Assembly (NCBI GenBank): GCA_977017645.1
Contig: OZ360221.1
Span: 134,478,001 to 134,542,000, forward strand
Source: Torpedo marmorata
Taxonomy: Eukaryota
Reading direction: 5' to 3'
Length of the DNA stretch: 64,000 nt
In this document: positions 1-10,000 of the stretch, piece after piece
Numbering within the stretch: the first letter of the stretch is position 1
Layout: the number at the start of each line of letters is the position of its first letter
Program-made: the position numbers and the translations under genes
Notes under the pieces: model-generated
What the model was told of the DNA's origin: nothing
Databases searched by the model: none
Seen by the model: only the letters and a program-made list of their open reading frames with translations

Positions 1-361
1 GTGGCCTAACTACTATTGTATACAGTTCTAACATAACCTCACTGCTCATATATTCCATGCCTTCCTAGTAAGGGAAACCAGTATGTATTTTTAAATACCT
101 TATTAACCTGTTGTGCAACCTTTCAATATTTATGGGCATAAACTCCAAAGTCTTTCTGTTCCTCCACACTTTGCATTATCTCCCCATTTATTGTCTATTC
201 TCATGCTTTGTTCCATCTCCCCAAATGCATTAGCTCCCACTTACCTGGATTGAATTCCATGAGCTACTGTTCTGCCCATCTGACAACTCCAATGATATAG
301 TTGGGTTCAATGAATGCATTACAAAATGCCAAATCCGACCAAATAGCAGCCAGAGGCACAA

Positions 362-1053
362 TATAAGTAACGGTGACTTCGCTCCACCAATAGTCACCTG
401 GAGGCTAAGTGTGGTCCTTGCTTTTGACGCGTTTTATTTAATTTACTGACAAAGTCCAATATGTTCAAAACCTTTATTTTCACACATGACTTGCAGTAAT
501 CTTCAATGACTTTAATATAAACAGTTCTTGTAAACGATGTATGATAAGTTCCTTTAAATTATTCTTTAAACAATTCCAAAACTATATGAAACACTGTAGA
601 TGATGTTAAAAGTTATAAAAACGATATAAAACGGTATAAAACGGTCAATAAAGATGTGGAGACCAGACTCACCCCCCATACATCTCTATCCTTTCTTTGT
701 TCTCTCTCTCCAATGGTTCTGCGCATGCTCCAACGCGCATACTACAATTCCCAGCCTCCCACGCGCACTATGACGTCACTTTATACTGCGCATGCGCCCG
801 TCGGCACTCCCGCGCATGCGCATATCAAAGAACGGGCCGACGACGGCCCACAGAACAACGCAAGCGCTCCAAGGCCCGACGTGGCCTCGGAGCGCGCTGA
901 GGACGGCACAGTAAACAACGCGAGCGCTCAATGGCCCGACGTGGCCCAGGAGCGCTCCGAGGACGGCCCACCGAACCACGCGAGCGCTCCATGGCCCGAC
1001 GAGACATCGGAGCGCCGCAACAACGGTAAGTTAACGAGCCTACGGCTCTTACA
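362..1053 (-). repeat. 3' LTR of BEL/Pao element
   Basis: Direct repeat of 5691-6382; begins TGTAAGAG on the minus strand directly after the PPT. Confidence 0.95.
842..1025. repeat. About 3 copies of a 60-bp CpG-rich tandem repeat within the LTR (also at 6171-6354)
   Basis: Units start gacggcccacagaacaacgc / gacggcacagtaaacaacgc / gacggcccaccgaaccacgc at 60-bp spacing. Confidence 0.85.
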
Positions 1054-1257
1054 CCGGCCCCTAATTATTATAATTAGACGTAATGTCTTGAATAATAATT
1101 ACACTATAAATTATAAATAACAATAACCACAATATTCAAAACAATACAAATCTTCTTTCTTCCTTCTTCATAAATCTAGAGTTTACCATAACTCTGATTA
1201 AACAAAAGTCTGTAACCTGTGAAATGTACAACAACAAATAAAGTCAGTTTACATTTA

Positions 1258-1460
1258 TCAAAGTTCCTCTGTCTCCAACAAAAGGCAGACCTTATTAATA
1301 GGTCTGTTTAGAAAACCAGTCTTAGTTTTAATCCGCACTTGACGCACAAGTCCTCTTTGTCTTGAAAAGTCTCAATAATCTTTTCCAAGTAACCAGGAAT
1401 TTCTTGAAGTTGAATTATCCATAATAATCACAATGTCTCTTTAAAGTTCTTTATCTTCAC
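1258..1460 (-). pseudogene. Frameshifted remnant of the BEL integrase C-terminal region (DUF5641-like)
   Basis: Minus-strand translation across frameshifts gives DIVIIMDNSTSRNSWLLG...IIETF...RGLVRQVRIKTKTGFLNRPINKVCLLLETEEL*, the typical C-terminus of BEL Pol. Confidence 0.8.
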
Positions 1461-1475
1461 AATCCGAGTCAAACG

Positions 1476-4400
1476 TCAACCAGTAAACCTCAAATCCTCC
1501 TCAGACAAAATAGATACAGTTTTTCTTTTGAATTTAACACAAGGCACTTCTTCAGCACGTCGTTTCACTTTTTTCCTTTCTTCAGTACTCCACTTCTCAT
1601 GTGAAGAATTTAAACTCTTAGAATTAGAATTTGAATATTTATCTGATTCTTTCGATTTTAAACAGGTTCGTTTAATCACTCTGGTTTCTATTGCTCTTTC
1701 CTGCAATTCTAAATCCAATTTCGCAACTTTCAATTCAGTCTCAGCTCCTTCCGAGAAATTAATAATTTGGTCTGAAGTAAAAATATCATGTGGGACATTG
1801 ATATTTCCATTGTCAATCCTGTCGCGACAAACTTGAAATTTTTTAATTTCTTCATCTTGCTTGTTACATTTCTGCAATGCAATCTCACATTCTTTCTGCA
1901 TTGTTAATTGTTGAACATTCAATTTACATTCTTGATTGGTTTTAAAAGTCAACTGTTTTGTGTTATTAACCAATAACTTGATCTCTTTCAAAACATTAAT
2001 CTCTTCCTCCAACCTTTTACATTTTGATAATGCTGAATCTCTTTCCTCAATAACTGTATTCATTTCTTCAGCAGTTATTCTTTTCTTCCGCTTTCTAACT
2101 TTGCGAGTTTTACTTACAATTAAATCTTTCTGTTTACTGTTTTCTTGCTTATTTAATATTTCCAATTCTCCTTTCAACATTTTGTTCTCTGGATTCAATT
2201 GCATTGAATTATCATTCACATTATTCTTTATTCCATCAGCACAATTTTCTGTGTTTTCCAGTTTTACATCACATTGTAATATTTCTTCATTAGCTTTGTC
2301 TGTTGTAATCTCTGAACTACAAAATCTACATTCAGATTTGTTTTCAGTCACTTGTTTTATTCCTGTATCTGATTCAATTACACATGAATGATCAATAGTA
2401 TTATTTGCAACATCTTTTAATACTTCACTTTCATCCTCTAACACTTCACTTTCATCCATTTCTGACGAAATTAATTCCTTCAATGTTGTTTTAAATACCA
2501 TTGATTTATTTTCACATTGATCTGTTTTCTTTTCTTCATAAGTGATTTTCTTATTCACGGTTTTTTGCTCTTCTTTTAACTCTTCAAATTTCTCAACTGA
2601 AATTTTATTAACATTTATCGCTACCTGTTCCTGAGCAATATCATTATTTCTTTCCATTGGCCCATTGATTGCCCAACCAAGTATGGTTCTAATAGCGTAA
2701 GGTCCATTCCTTTTACTTTCTATTACTTCTTTTGGTACCAAAACCTTTGGCACATCTGAACCAATCAGCATTTCTATCTCAGAATTAATTTCAGGTAAAT
2801 AAACCTTCCACAGATAAGCTAAATGATGGATATCACTTTGATGAGGAATATTTCCTTCGTTCACAGGCATAGTCTTCTGAGTATATACACTTGGAAGATC
2901 ACAAAATTTTTTGTCATCCAATCCAGCAACCTCTAAGCCTGAAACAATGTTAGTTTCAACAACCTTTTCTTGTCCCATGGTTTTTAACATAATTCTTGAT
3001 TTTCTTCCTTGAATATTAAGTTTATTCATTAGTCCTTCCGTGCAAAAAGATGCAGTGCTACCTGGGTCTAGAAATGCATATGTTTTTACTATTGCATCCC
3101 CTTTCTTGGCCTTAACTTGTACAGGCACTATTGAAAGTTTGCAGTTATTCACCCCGGCCCCAGTAAGACCACTTGTCTGCACCGAGGTTATAACATTATT
3201 TTCTGTTGTTTCCTTTGTTTCTGTTTGCTCCTTTTCCAATTCCTTGTTTCTGTTATGGATATGCAAAATTCTAGGATGTTTAAAATTGCATATGTCACAA
3301 TTAATTTGCTTCTCGCAGTTTTTACTGATGTGCCCTTTACACAGACAGCTAAAACATATTCCATTTTCCTTTAAGAAAGCGATCCTTTCTTTATGTTCCT
3401 TCCTTTCCAATTGTAAACACATTTCCAAAGCATGTCCACCTTTACAGAACAAACAACTCTTTTCATTAGGCAAACTTTCCTTTTCCTTATTTATTTTGTC
3501 CTTTTCTTTACTTATAACTTGCACATTAGTAGCAAAAGTACTCCTTTTCACTTTCGGACTAGACTGTGAATTAGACTTCCTTACATCTTTGCTCATTGAA
3601 TTATCTCTGGTATTTCCATATAGTGGATCTGTTTCAACATACACTTGTCGTTCAAGAAAATTTACCAAATCCTTTAAAGTAATTCTTCGACCATAATTTA
3701 CTTGTAAATCACAAGCCAAATTTCTCCATCTATCCCATACCTTGTAAGGTAATTTTTCTAAAATGATTCGCATATTACTATGCACATCAAGCTCACGAAT
3801 ACCATCGATTTCTTCCATAGCATTACAACATCCTCTTAAAAACAAAGTATATTCTTGCAAAGCCTTTACATCATTTTGTTTTATTGATGTCCATTTAAGA
3901 GCTTTATCCATATAAGCTAAAGCAATTCGATGTTTGTTGCCAAAATATTGTTCCAATAAAGCCTTAGCTTTATCTAATCCTCTTCCTGAAGACATTTGGT
4001 TACAACTTTTTACCAGTTCTTTTGGATGTCCCTTTGTGAACATTTCCAAATAATAAAGACATTCATCTCGATCTTGGCATTTATCTTCAATATTGCGTTT
4101 GAAAGATCTCATAAACGATTGATATTGAAGTGGATCACCATCAAAAGTTTGTATCTCTTTCTTGGGTAAAGAAGAGAGAGACTGTAACTGAAACAATGAT
4201 GCAGCAATTTCATTTTGTCTTTCCTTGGATGACAATACATTGCTCTGCTCACTGTTTCTTGTTGCATGCAATGTATCTGGAAACCTTACTGGTGTAGTTT
4301 CCTCCATATTTCTGATGCTTGTCTCATATAACAAAGAAGCTGCTTCGTTCGACCGTACCCAATCCGCAGCTTTGCTTTCAGATGTTATTATTGGTACATG

Positions 4401-5246
4401 TGACTCGATACCAATATGCTCTTGAAAGGTTTGTCTTTGTATATGTAAGTTTTGTATCCTTGGTTCTAAAATATCTATCCTTTTGGTTGGTTTCTTTTCC
4501 TGTGACTCCTTTTTTAAATATGACCTTTTATCATCAGACAATTTAGATGATTTACTGCTAACACCAGATACCATTGAGCCTTCGATTGCTTTCTTTTCTG
4601 CCTTGGCAATAGCAATGTTTGCTTCCAGCTCCTGCAGTTCTTTTCTCTGTCTTAGCTGCTCCTTCTCTTGTCTTAGCTGCTCCTCCTTTTGTCTTAGTTG
4701 TTCCTCTTCTTGTTCTAATATAAATTTATCCTTAAGCGTTTTTTGTTGTGCAAGAAGAGTAGCCAATTTAACATCAACCTTTGTACGTGACGATGCAGAA
4801 CTTGAAGTACAAGAAACTCTGGAGCTTGAACCAGAACTTCTTTTGCTTCTCCTGCTTACAGCATTTGAGACACTGTCACTCGCTTGTATTTCGTCCTGCA
4901 GTTCATATGTTGTCTTCATACTTACCTCTTTATCCAATTCAAATTGTATATCCTTTGCATCTTCAACCACTTCAATTTCTTCAACATTTGGTGACACAAT
5001 TTCAGCCATTTCCACGTTATCTTCTTGTTCAACTAATGAAGCTGCCTCTTCATCCTTTGCCAGCTTCAATCTTTCGATAAGAACCTTTTTATTTCCACTT
5101 ATGTCCTTTTTCAGTCGCTTCAATTCTTCTTTAATATCTGAAACCTTCATGTCTTCAATACGTTGGTCCTCAACAGCAACATCAGCGGTTGCTGCGTCAG
5201 CTGCTGATAAATCAGTAGCTGCTGTATCAGTAGCTGCTGCGGCCAT
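1476..5246 (-). CDS. Chimeric BEL/Pao polyprotein: SAP domain - Gag (DUF1759-like, Cys/His knuckles) - aspartic protease - foreign coiled-coil C-terminus (MIPOL1-like)
   Basis: Uninterrupted ORF; ATG at 5246 in good Kozak context (gtaaaATGG); SAP at ~5057-5163; LPKKEIQTFDGDPLQYQSFMRSF gag motif; CLFCKGGHALEMC, CFSCLCKGHISKNC, CDICNFKHPRILH knuckles; YAFLDPGSTASF protease site at ~3045-3080; no RT motifs follow. Confidence 0.9.
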   Translation of the reverse strand: MAAAATDTAATDLSAADAATADVAVEDQRIEDMKVSDIKEELKRLKKDISGNKKVLIERLKLAKDEEAASLVEQEDNVEMAEIVSPNVEEIEVVEDAKDIQFELDKEVSMKTTYELQDEIQASDSVSNAVSRRSKRSSGSSSRVSCTSSSASSRTKVDVKLATLLAQQKTLKDKFILEQEEEQLRQKEEQLRQEKEQLRQRKELQELEANIAIAKAEKKAIEGSMVSGVSSKSSKLSDDKRSYLKKESQEKKPTKRIDILEPRIQNLHIQRQTFQEHIGIESHVPIITSESKAADWVRSNEAASLLYETSIRNMEETTPVRFPDTLHATRNSEQSNVLSSKERQNEIAASLFQLQSLSSLPKKEIQTFDGDPLQYQSFMRSFKRNIEDKCQDRDECLYYLEMFTKGHPKELVKSCNQMSSGRGLDKAKALLEQYFGNKHRIALAYMDKALKWTSIKQNDVKALQEYTLFLRGCCNAMEEIDGIRELDVHSNMRIILEKLPYKVWDRWRNLACDLQVNYGRRITLKDLVNFLERQVYVETDPLYGNTRDNSMSKDVRKSNSQSSPKVKRSTFATNVQVISKEKDKINKEKESLPNEKSCLFCKGGHALEMCLQLERKEHKERIAFLKENGICFSCLCKGHISKNCEKQINCDICNFKHPRILHIHNRNKELEKEQTETKETTENNVITSVQTSGLTGAGVNNCKLSIVPVQVKAKKGDAIVKTYAFLDPGSTASFCTEGLMNKLNIQGRKSRIMLKTMGQEKVVETNIVSGLEVAGLDDKKFCDLPSVYTQKTMPVNEGNIPHQSDIHHLAYLWKVYLPEINSEIEMLIGSDVPKVLVPKEVIESKRNGPYAIRTILGWAINGPMERNNDIAQEQVAINVNKISVEKFEELKEEQKTVNKKITYEEKKTDQCENKSMVFKTTLKELISSEMDESEVLEDESEVLKDVANNTIDHSCVIESDTGIKQVTENKSECRFCSSEITTDKANEEILQCDVKLENTENCADGIKNNVNDNSMQLNPENKMLKGELEILNKQENSKQKDLIVSKTRKVRKRKKRITAEEMNTVIEERDSALSKCKRLEEEINVLKEIKLLVNNTKQLTFKTNQECKLNVQQLTMQKECEIALQKCNKQDEEIKKFQVCRDRIDNGNINVPHDIFTSDQIINFSEGAETELKVAKLDLELQERAIETRVIKRTCLKSKESDKYSNSNSKSLNSSHEKWSTEERKKVKRRAEEVPCVKFKRKTVSILSEEDLRFTG

Positions 5247-5690
5247 TTTACTCGTCTTGTTCCTCTTTCCTTCAAGCATACACAACACTAGTCAAACAAC
5301 AGTCCCCAATGGACCAGCGGCAGCAATTCCAATCTGTGTTCTTACTTGCTAAAGATACACAGAAGGAGTCCACAGACTTATGCCTACCACTTCTAATGAC
5401 TGTAATGTGCTGCAATCCTTAAACGAGTTTCAACCACAACATCCGTCATTAATATCACTGATTTTCCAAAAATAGTTTCTCCAACGTATTTATAGGACAC
5501 TTTATTATAAGATTTGAAGCTTTAAATCCCTCTCTGGCTGTTATTCATGGCAGATGGATGTAGATTACAAACTGCCCCCAACTCGAGGCATCTCCAAAAT
5601 GGCCACCAATTTATATCAGTCCAAAGCACAGAGTTTTTTCTATCTTCTTTCCTTCAAACTTCTGTTCCAAACAGCCAGCCCTTTATTGAC

Positions 5691-6382
5691 TATAATTAAC
5701 GGTGACTTCGCTCCACCAATAGTCACCTGGAGGCTAAGTGTGGTCCTTGCTTTTGACGCGTTTTATTTAATTTACTGACAAAGTCCAATATGTTCAAAAC
5801 CTTTATTTTCACACATGACTTGCAGTAATCTTCAATGACTTTAATATAAACAGTTCTTGTAAACGATGTATGATAAGTTCCTTTAAATTATTCTTTAAAC
5901 AATTCCAAAACGATATGAAACACTGTAGATGATGTTAAAAGTTATAAAAACGATATAAAACGGTATAAAACGGTCAATAAAGATGTGGAGACCAGACTCA
6001 CCCCCCATACATCTCTATCCTTTCTTTGTTCTCTCTCTCCAATGGTTCTGCGCATGCTCCAACGCGCATACTACAATTCCCAGCCTCCCACGCGCACTAT
6101 GACGTCACTTTATACTGCGCATGCGCCCGTCGGCACTCCCGCGCATGCGCATATCAAAGAACGGGCCGACGACGGCCCACAGAACAACGCAAGCGCTCCA
6201 AGGCCCGACGTGGCCTCGGAGCGCGCTGAGGACGGCACAGTAAACAACGCGAGCGCTCAATGGCCCGACGTGGCCCAGGAGCGCTCCGAGGACGGCCCAC
6301 CGAACCACGCGAGCGCTCCAAGGCCCGACGAGACATCGGAGCGCCGCAACAACGGTAAGTTAACGAGCCTACGGCTCTTACA
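5691..6382 (-). repeat. 5' LTR of BEL/Pao element
   Basis: Direct repeat of 362-1053, flanked by TSD CACAA. Confidence 0.95.
6049..6151 (-). promoter_or_regulatory. Putative LTR promoter: NRF1-like motifs, ZNF143/THAP11-type motif, CRE palindrome, TATA
   Basis: ACTACAATTCCCAGC 6070-6084; TGACGTCA 6100-6107; TATAAA on the minus strand at ~6109-6114; TGCGCATGCGC 6116-6126 and CGCGCATGCGCA 6140-6151; same motifs at 720-822 in the 3' LTR. Confidence 0.6.
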
Positions 6383-7038
6383 CACAACATAATTCATTAT
6401 TCACATTAGTATTCCCTCTTAATTGGGGTAGGTCCAAAGCATGCTTCATCTAACTCTCATATATGTAATACACTGCAAGCCCCCTGTCCAAATCCCGCAA
6501 TTTCCACACTCTGTCAACTCTTTATTCATGTCACTCAAACATATTGCAAGACATTGACACACTCATTGCTGTAAGATAAGGCACATAAAGGTAGCAGACG
6601 TCAAGTGGAGGTGGGGACATGAGCCAGCACTTTCTAACTCTCTGGAAAGAACTTTATTGAAAGCCTGGGTTATGACACTCCAAAATAGTTGCACAGGTGT
6701 AAAATTCACTTTTCACACCATTTAGTATCTTGATATAATTGCTCTCCACACTTTCTTTAAAAACCAGAAATTAACGGTGTGCATGGTAGTGCTATTTACT
6801 AATATGGTATCTGAGGTGCTACACATCAGGAATGTGTTGCTGGAGGTGTTGCTGTCAGAAAGGCATGCTTTCATACATTTAACATGAATTGTCTATTGAG
6901 AACAGCGCTAAGACATTACATCATATCTTGGTTAGACTCAGGTTATGTCTCATTCTAGGTCTCTGATTCATAATCTAGAGAGGTGAGGCAATAAAAGTTT
7001 GCTGATGGTGGAATAAATGAATTGATGAATGATAGTTG

Positions 7039-10000
7039 TGTGGCGCCCCGCCACCGCGGAGATCGAGCTGACACATCGCGCGGCGCGCACGGTAGTAAAC
7101 AGCGGCATAACACACTGTAACGCGACCCTTAGCATAGCGAACCGGCGCGGTTGAAAGCTGGAGCAGTACAAGACCAGCAGCCCTAAAATGGCACTGGCCA
7201 AGCTGCCCAGCTAACAGATCAATACCAGGCTGGGGAAGAAGGGTATTCATATGCAAGAACGTTCCCGCCCGCTGTTGTTATTCATGCGGCTGATGTCAAC
7301 CCATCAACCAAACGGCGGGAACTCCAACTGTATAAAAGAAGCATTTCCAGCGTCAATAAAGCAGAGAGCTTAACCTTCCACACTGCGTGTGTGTGTTTCT
7401 TCGTAGCAGTCGGCTACAATTGGTGACCTTGACGGTTTAGACGGCATCTAAACCCAGCGATGGATAGCGAAGCAGCGATCAGCGCAGTCGGCTTCAAACT
7501 CCCGACCTTCTGGACAGTTCGACCCGGCGTGTGGTTCGACCAGGCTGAGGCTCAGTTCCAGATTCTGGGCATCACAGCTGAGACCACACGGTACTACCAC
7601 GTGGTCAGCGCCCTGGATCCAGAGACTGCAGACATGGTGGCCAACTTCATCCAGAGGCCACCATCGGAAGGCACTTACACTGCCTTCAAAGAGCTATTGA
7701 CTGAGACCTACGGGCTCTCGCGGTGAGAGAGAGAGGCACAGCTGCTCCACCTGGATGGGCTAGGGGACAGATCCCTGTCAGTGCTCATGAACGAGATGCT
7801 AGTCCTCCTGGGAGACCACGAGCCCTGCGTCATGTTCGAGCAGGCGTTCTTGGAGCAGCTGCCCGAGGACATCCAACTGCTCCTGGCTGACGCAGATTTC
7901 AGCGACCCCCGGAAAGTCGCAGCACGGGCAGATATTCTATGGAAGCAGAAACAGAAGTGCTCGGCTACCGTGGGGCTCGTCATGAATTCTCGCAACCAGA
8001 CCAAGGCAGGCCCTGGAAAGGAGCAGCAGGCAAGAGGCAGGGACGAGTCCAAGGAGAGATGGTGCTTCTACCACCAAAGATGGGGCTCCGAGGCCCGCTG
8101 ATGCTGGTCGCCCTGCGAGTTCCATGGAAACGACAAGGCCAGCCATCGCTGATGGCCACAGCGGCTGGCCATCGACAGCCTCCTGAAGGAATGGGATCGC
8201 CTTTCTGGTAGACGATTCTTGGTGGATACAGGAGCGGAGGTCAGCGTGATGCCCCCGACAGGTTTGGACACTAGATGCAGGCAAGCAGGCCCCACGTTGA
8301 GGGCTGCCAACAACAGCAGCATATGGACCTATGGCAAGCGTAGGTCCGAGCTGCAGTTTGGAGGCAGTCACTTCTCGTGGGAGTTCACACTGGCCACAGT
8401 GGAACAGCCACTCCTCGGAGCCGACTTCCTGCGGGCCCACAGCCTCCCAGTGGACCTCAAGAGCAAGAGACTCATGCACGCGGAAACGTTCCAAACCTTC
8501 ACACTGAGGGGCGCCGGGCTCCCGGCACTGCACCTGGACTCCGTCCACAGCTTGGACGATGAGTTCTCCAAAGCGCTGGCCGAGTTTCCGGCAATCCTTT
8601 CCCCTCAGTTCATGGTGGAGGTGCCCCGACACGGCGTCAGGCATCACATCCTTACCAAGGGCCCACCTCTCCATGCAAGGGTGAGACGACTTCCCCTGGA
8701 GAAGCTTCAACTGGCCAAGGAGGAGTTCCGCAAGCTCGAGGAGTTAGGCATCGTTCGGTGGTCGGGCAGTCCATGGGCTTCTCCCCTGCACATGGTGCCC
8801 AAAGCATCTGGGGGCTGGAGACCGTGTGGCGACTACCACTGGCTTAACGAGGCCACCACTCCAGATCGTTACCCCGTGCCGCATATCCAGGACTTTGCGG
8901 CAAACCTGCACGGAGCGACGATCTTCTCCAAAGTGGACGGTGCGAGGGTACCACCAAATCGCGGTGCACCCTGACGACACCCCCAAGACAGCCATCATCA
9001 CTCCATTCGGGCTGTTTGAGTTCCTGAGGATGCCATTCGGGCTCAAGAACGCGGCACAGACCTTCCAGCGACTGATGGACGTGGTGGGCCGAGACCTGGA
9101 CAGCACCTTCGTCTACTTAGACGATATCCTGGTGGCGATCAGAGCCCGGCAGGAACATCTACAACACCTCCGAAGCCTCTACAGTCACCTACGTGAGTTC
9201 GGCCTTACTATCAACCTGGCTAAATGCCAGTTCGGGCTGAGCACGATTGACTTCCTGGGCCACAGGATTACCAAATGCGGGGCCACGCCACTACCCAGCA
9301 AGATGGAGGCTATCCGCAACTTCCCGAGGCCCAGTACAACCAACGACTGCAGGAGTTCGTGGAGATGGTCAACTTTTATCGCAGGTTCATCCCCACAGCT
9401 GCTCGAACCATGCGCCCACTCTTCACCCTGATGACCGGCAAGGCGAAGGACTTGACCTGGGACGATGACTCCGCACGAGCGTTCGTGGAATCAAAGGAAG
9501 CCCTGGCTAATGCCGCACTCCTAGCCCACCCAAGGTCAGACGCACCCACAGCCCTCACGGTCGATGCCTCAGGAACGGCGATTGGTGGAGTTCTGGAGCA
9601 GCAGATAGAAGTAAGTTGGCGTCCACTAGCTTTCTTCAGAAAACATCTGCGGCTCCCTGAGCTAAAGTACAGTGCTTTCGACAGAGAGCAACTGGCGCTG
9701 TACTTAGCCATCCGCCACTTCCGGTACTTCCTAGAAGGAAGGGCTTTCATGGCTTTCACGGACCACAAGCCACTGACACTCGCCCTGCCCAAGAATTCCG
9801 ATCCATGGTCAGCTTGCCAGCAGAGACAACTGTCTTACGTCTCGGAGTACACCACCGACGTAAGGCACATCTCGGGAAAAGACAACGTGGTCGCGGACGT
9901 CTTGTCGAGACAGAGCATCCACTCTCTGGCTAACGGACTGGATTTCGTGGCACTGGTGGAGGCACAGCAGCAGGACGACGAGATGCCTCAGTACAGGACC

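Larger units (their letters stand above)
362..6382 (-). mobile_element. BEL/Pao LTR retrotransposon, non-autonomous (gag-protease retained; RT/RNase H and most of integrase deleted), very recent insertion
   Basis: 692-bp direct repeats 362-1053 and 5691-6382 differing at only about 3 positions by eye; 5-bp TSD CACAA (357-361 and 6383-6387); BEL-type polypurine tract AGGGGCCGG next to the 3' LTR on the minus strand (1054-1062); internal ORF with BEL gag, zinc knuckles and protease. Confidence 0.93.

Noticed and set aside
842-1025. Regularly spaced repeats superficially like a CRISPR array (also 32120-32345 and 62468-62774)
   Set aside because: Contiguous tandem units without unique spacers, eukaryotic context, no cas genes.
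656-1120. 154-aa and 135-aa ORFs in the two BEL LTRs (also 5985-6392)
   Set aside because: GTG start, antisense to the element, open mainly because of GC-rich 60-bp repeats; no recognisable domain.
1476-2560. Possible env gene in the BEL element
   Set aside because: No signal peptide, fusion peptide or transmembrane segment; the region is hydrophilic coiled coil fused to Gag-PR.
3040-5352. Long + strand ORFs (218 aa, 289 aa) opposite the BEL ORF
   Set aside because: Antisense shadows of a Glu/Lys-rich coding strand; Ser/Leu/Phe low complexity.
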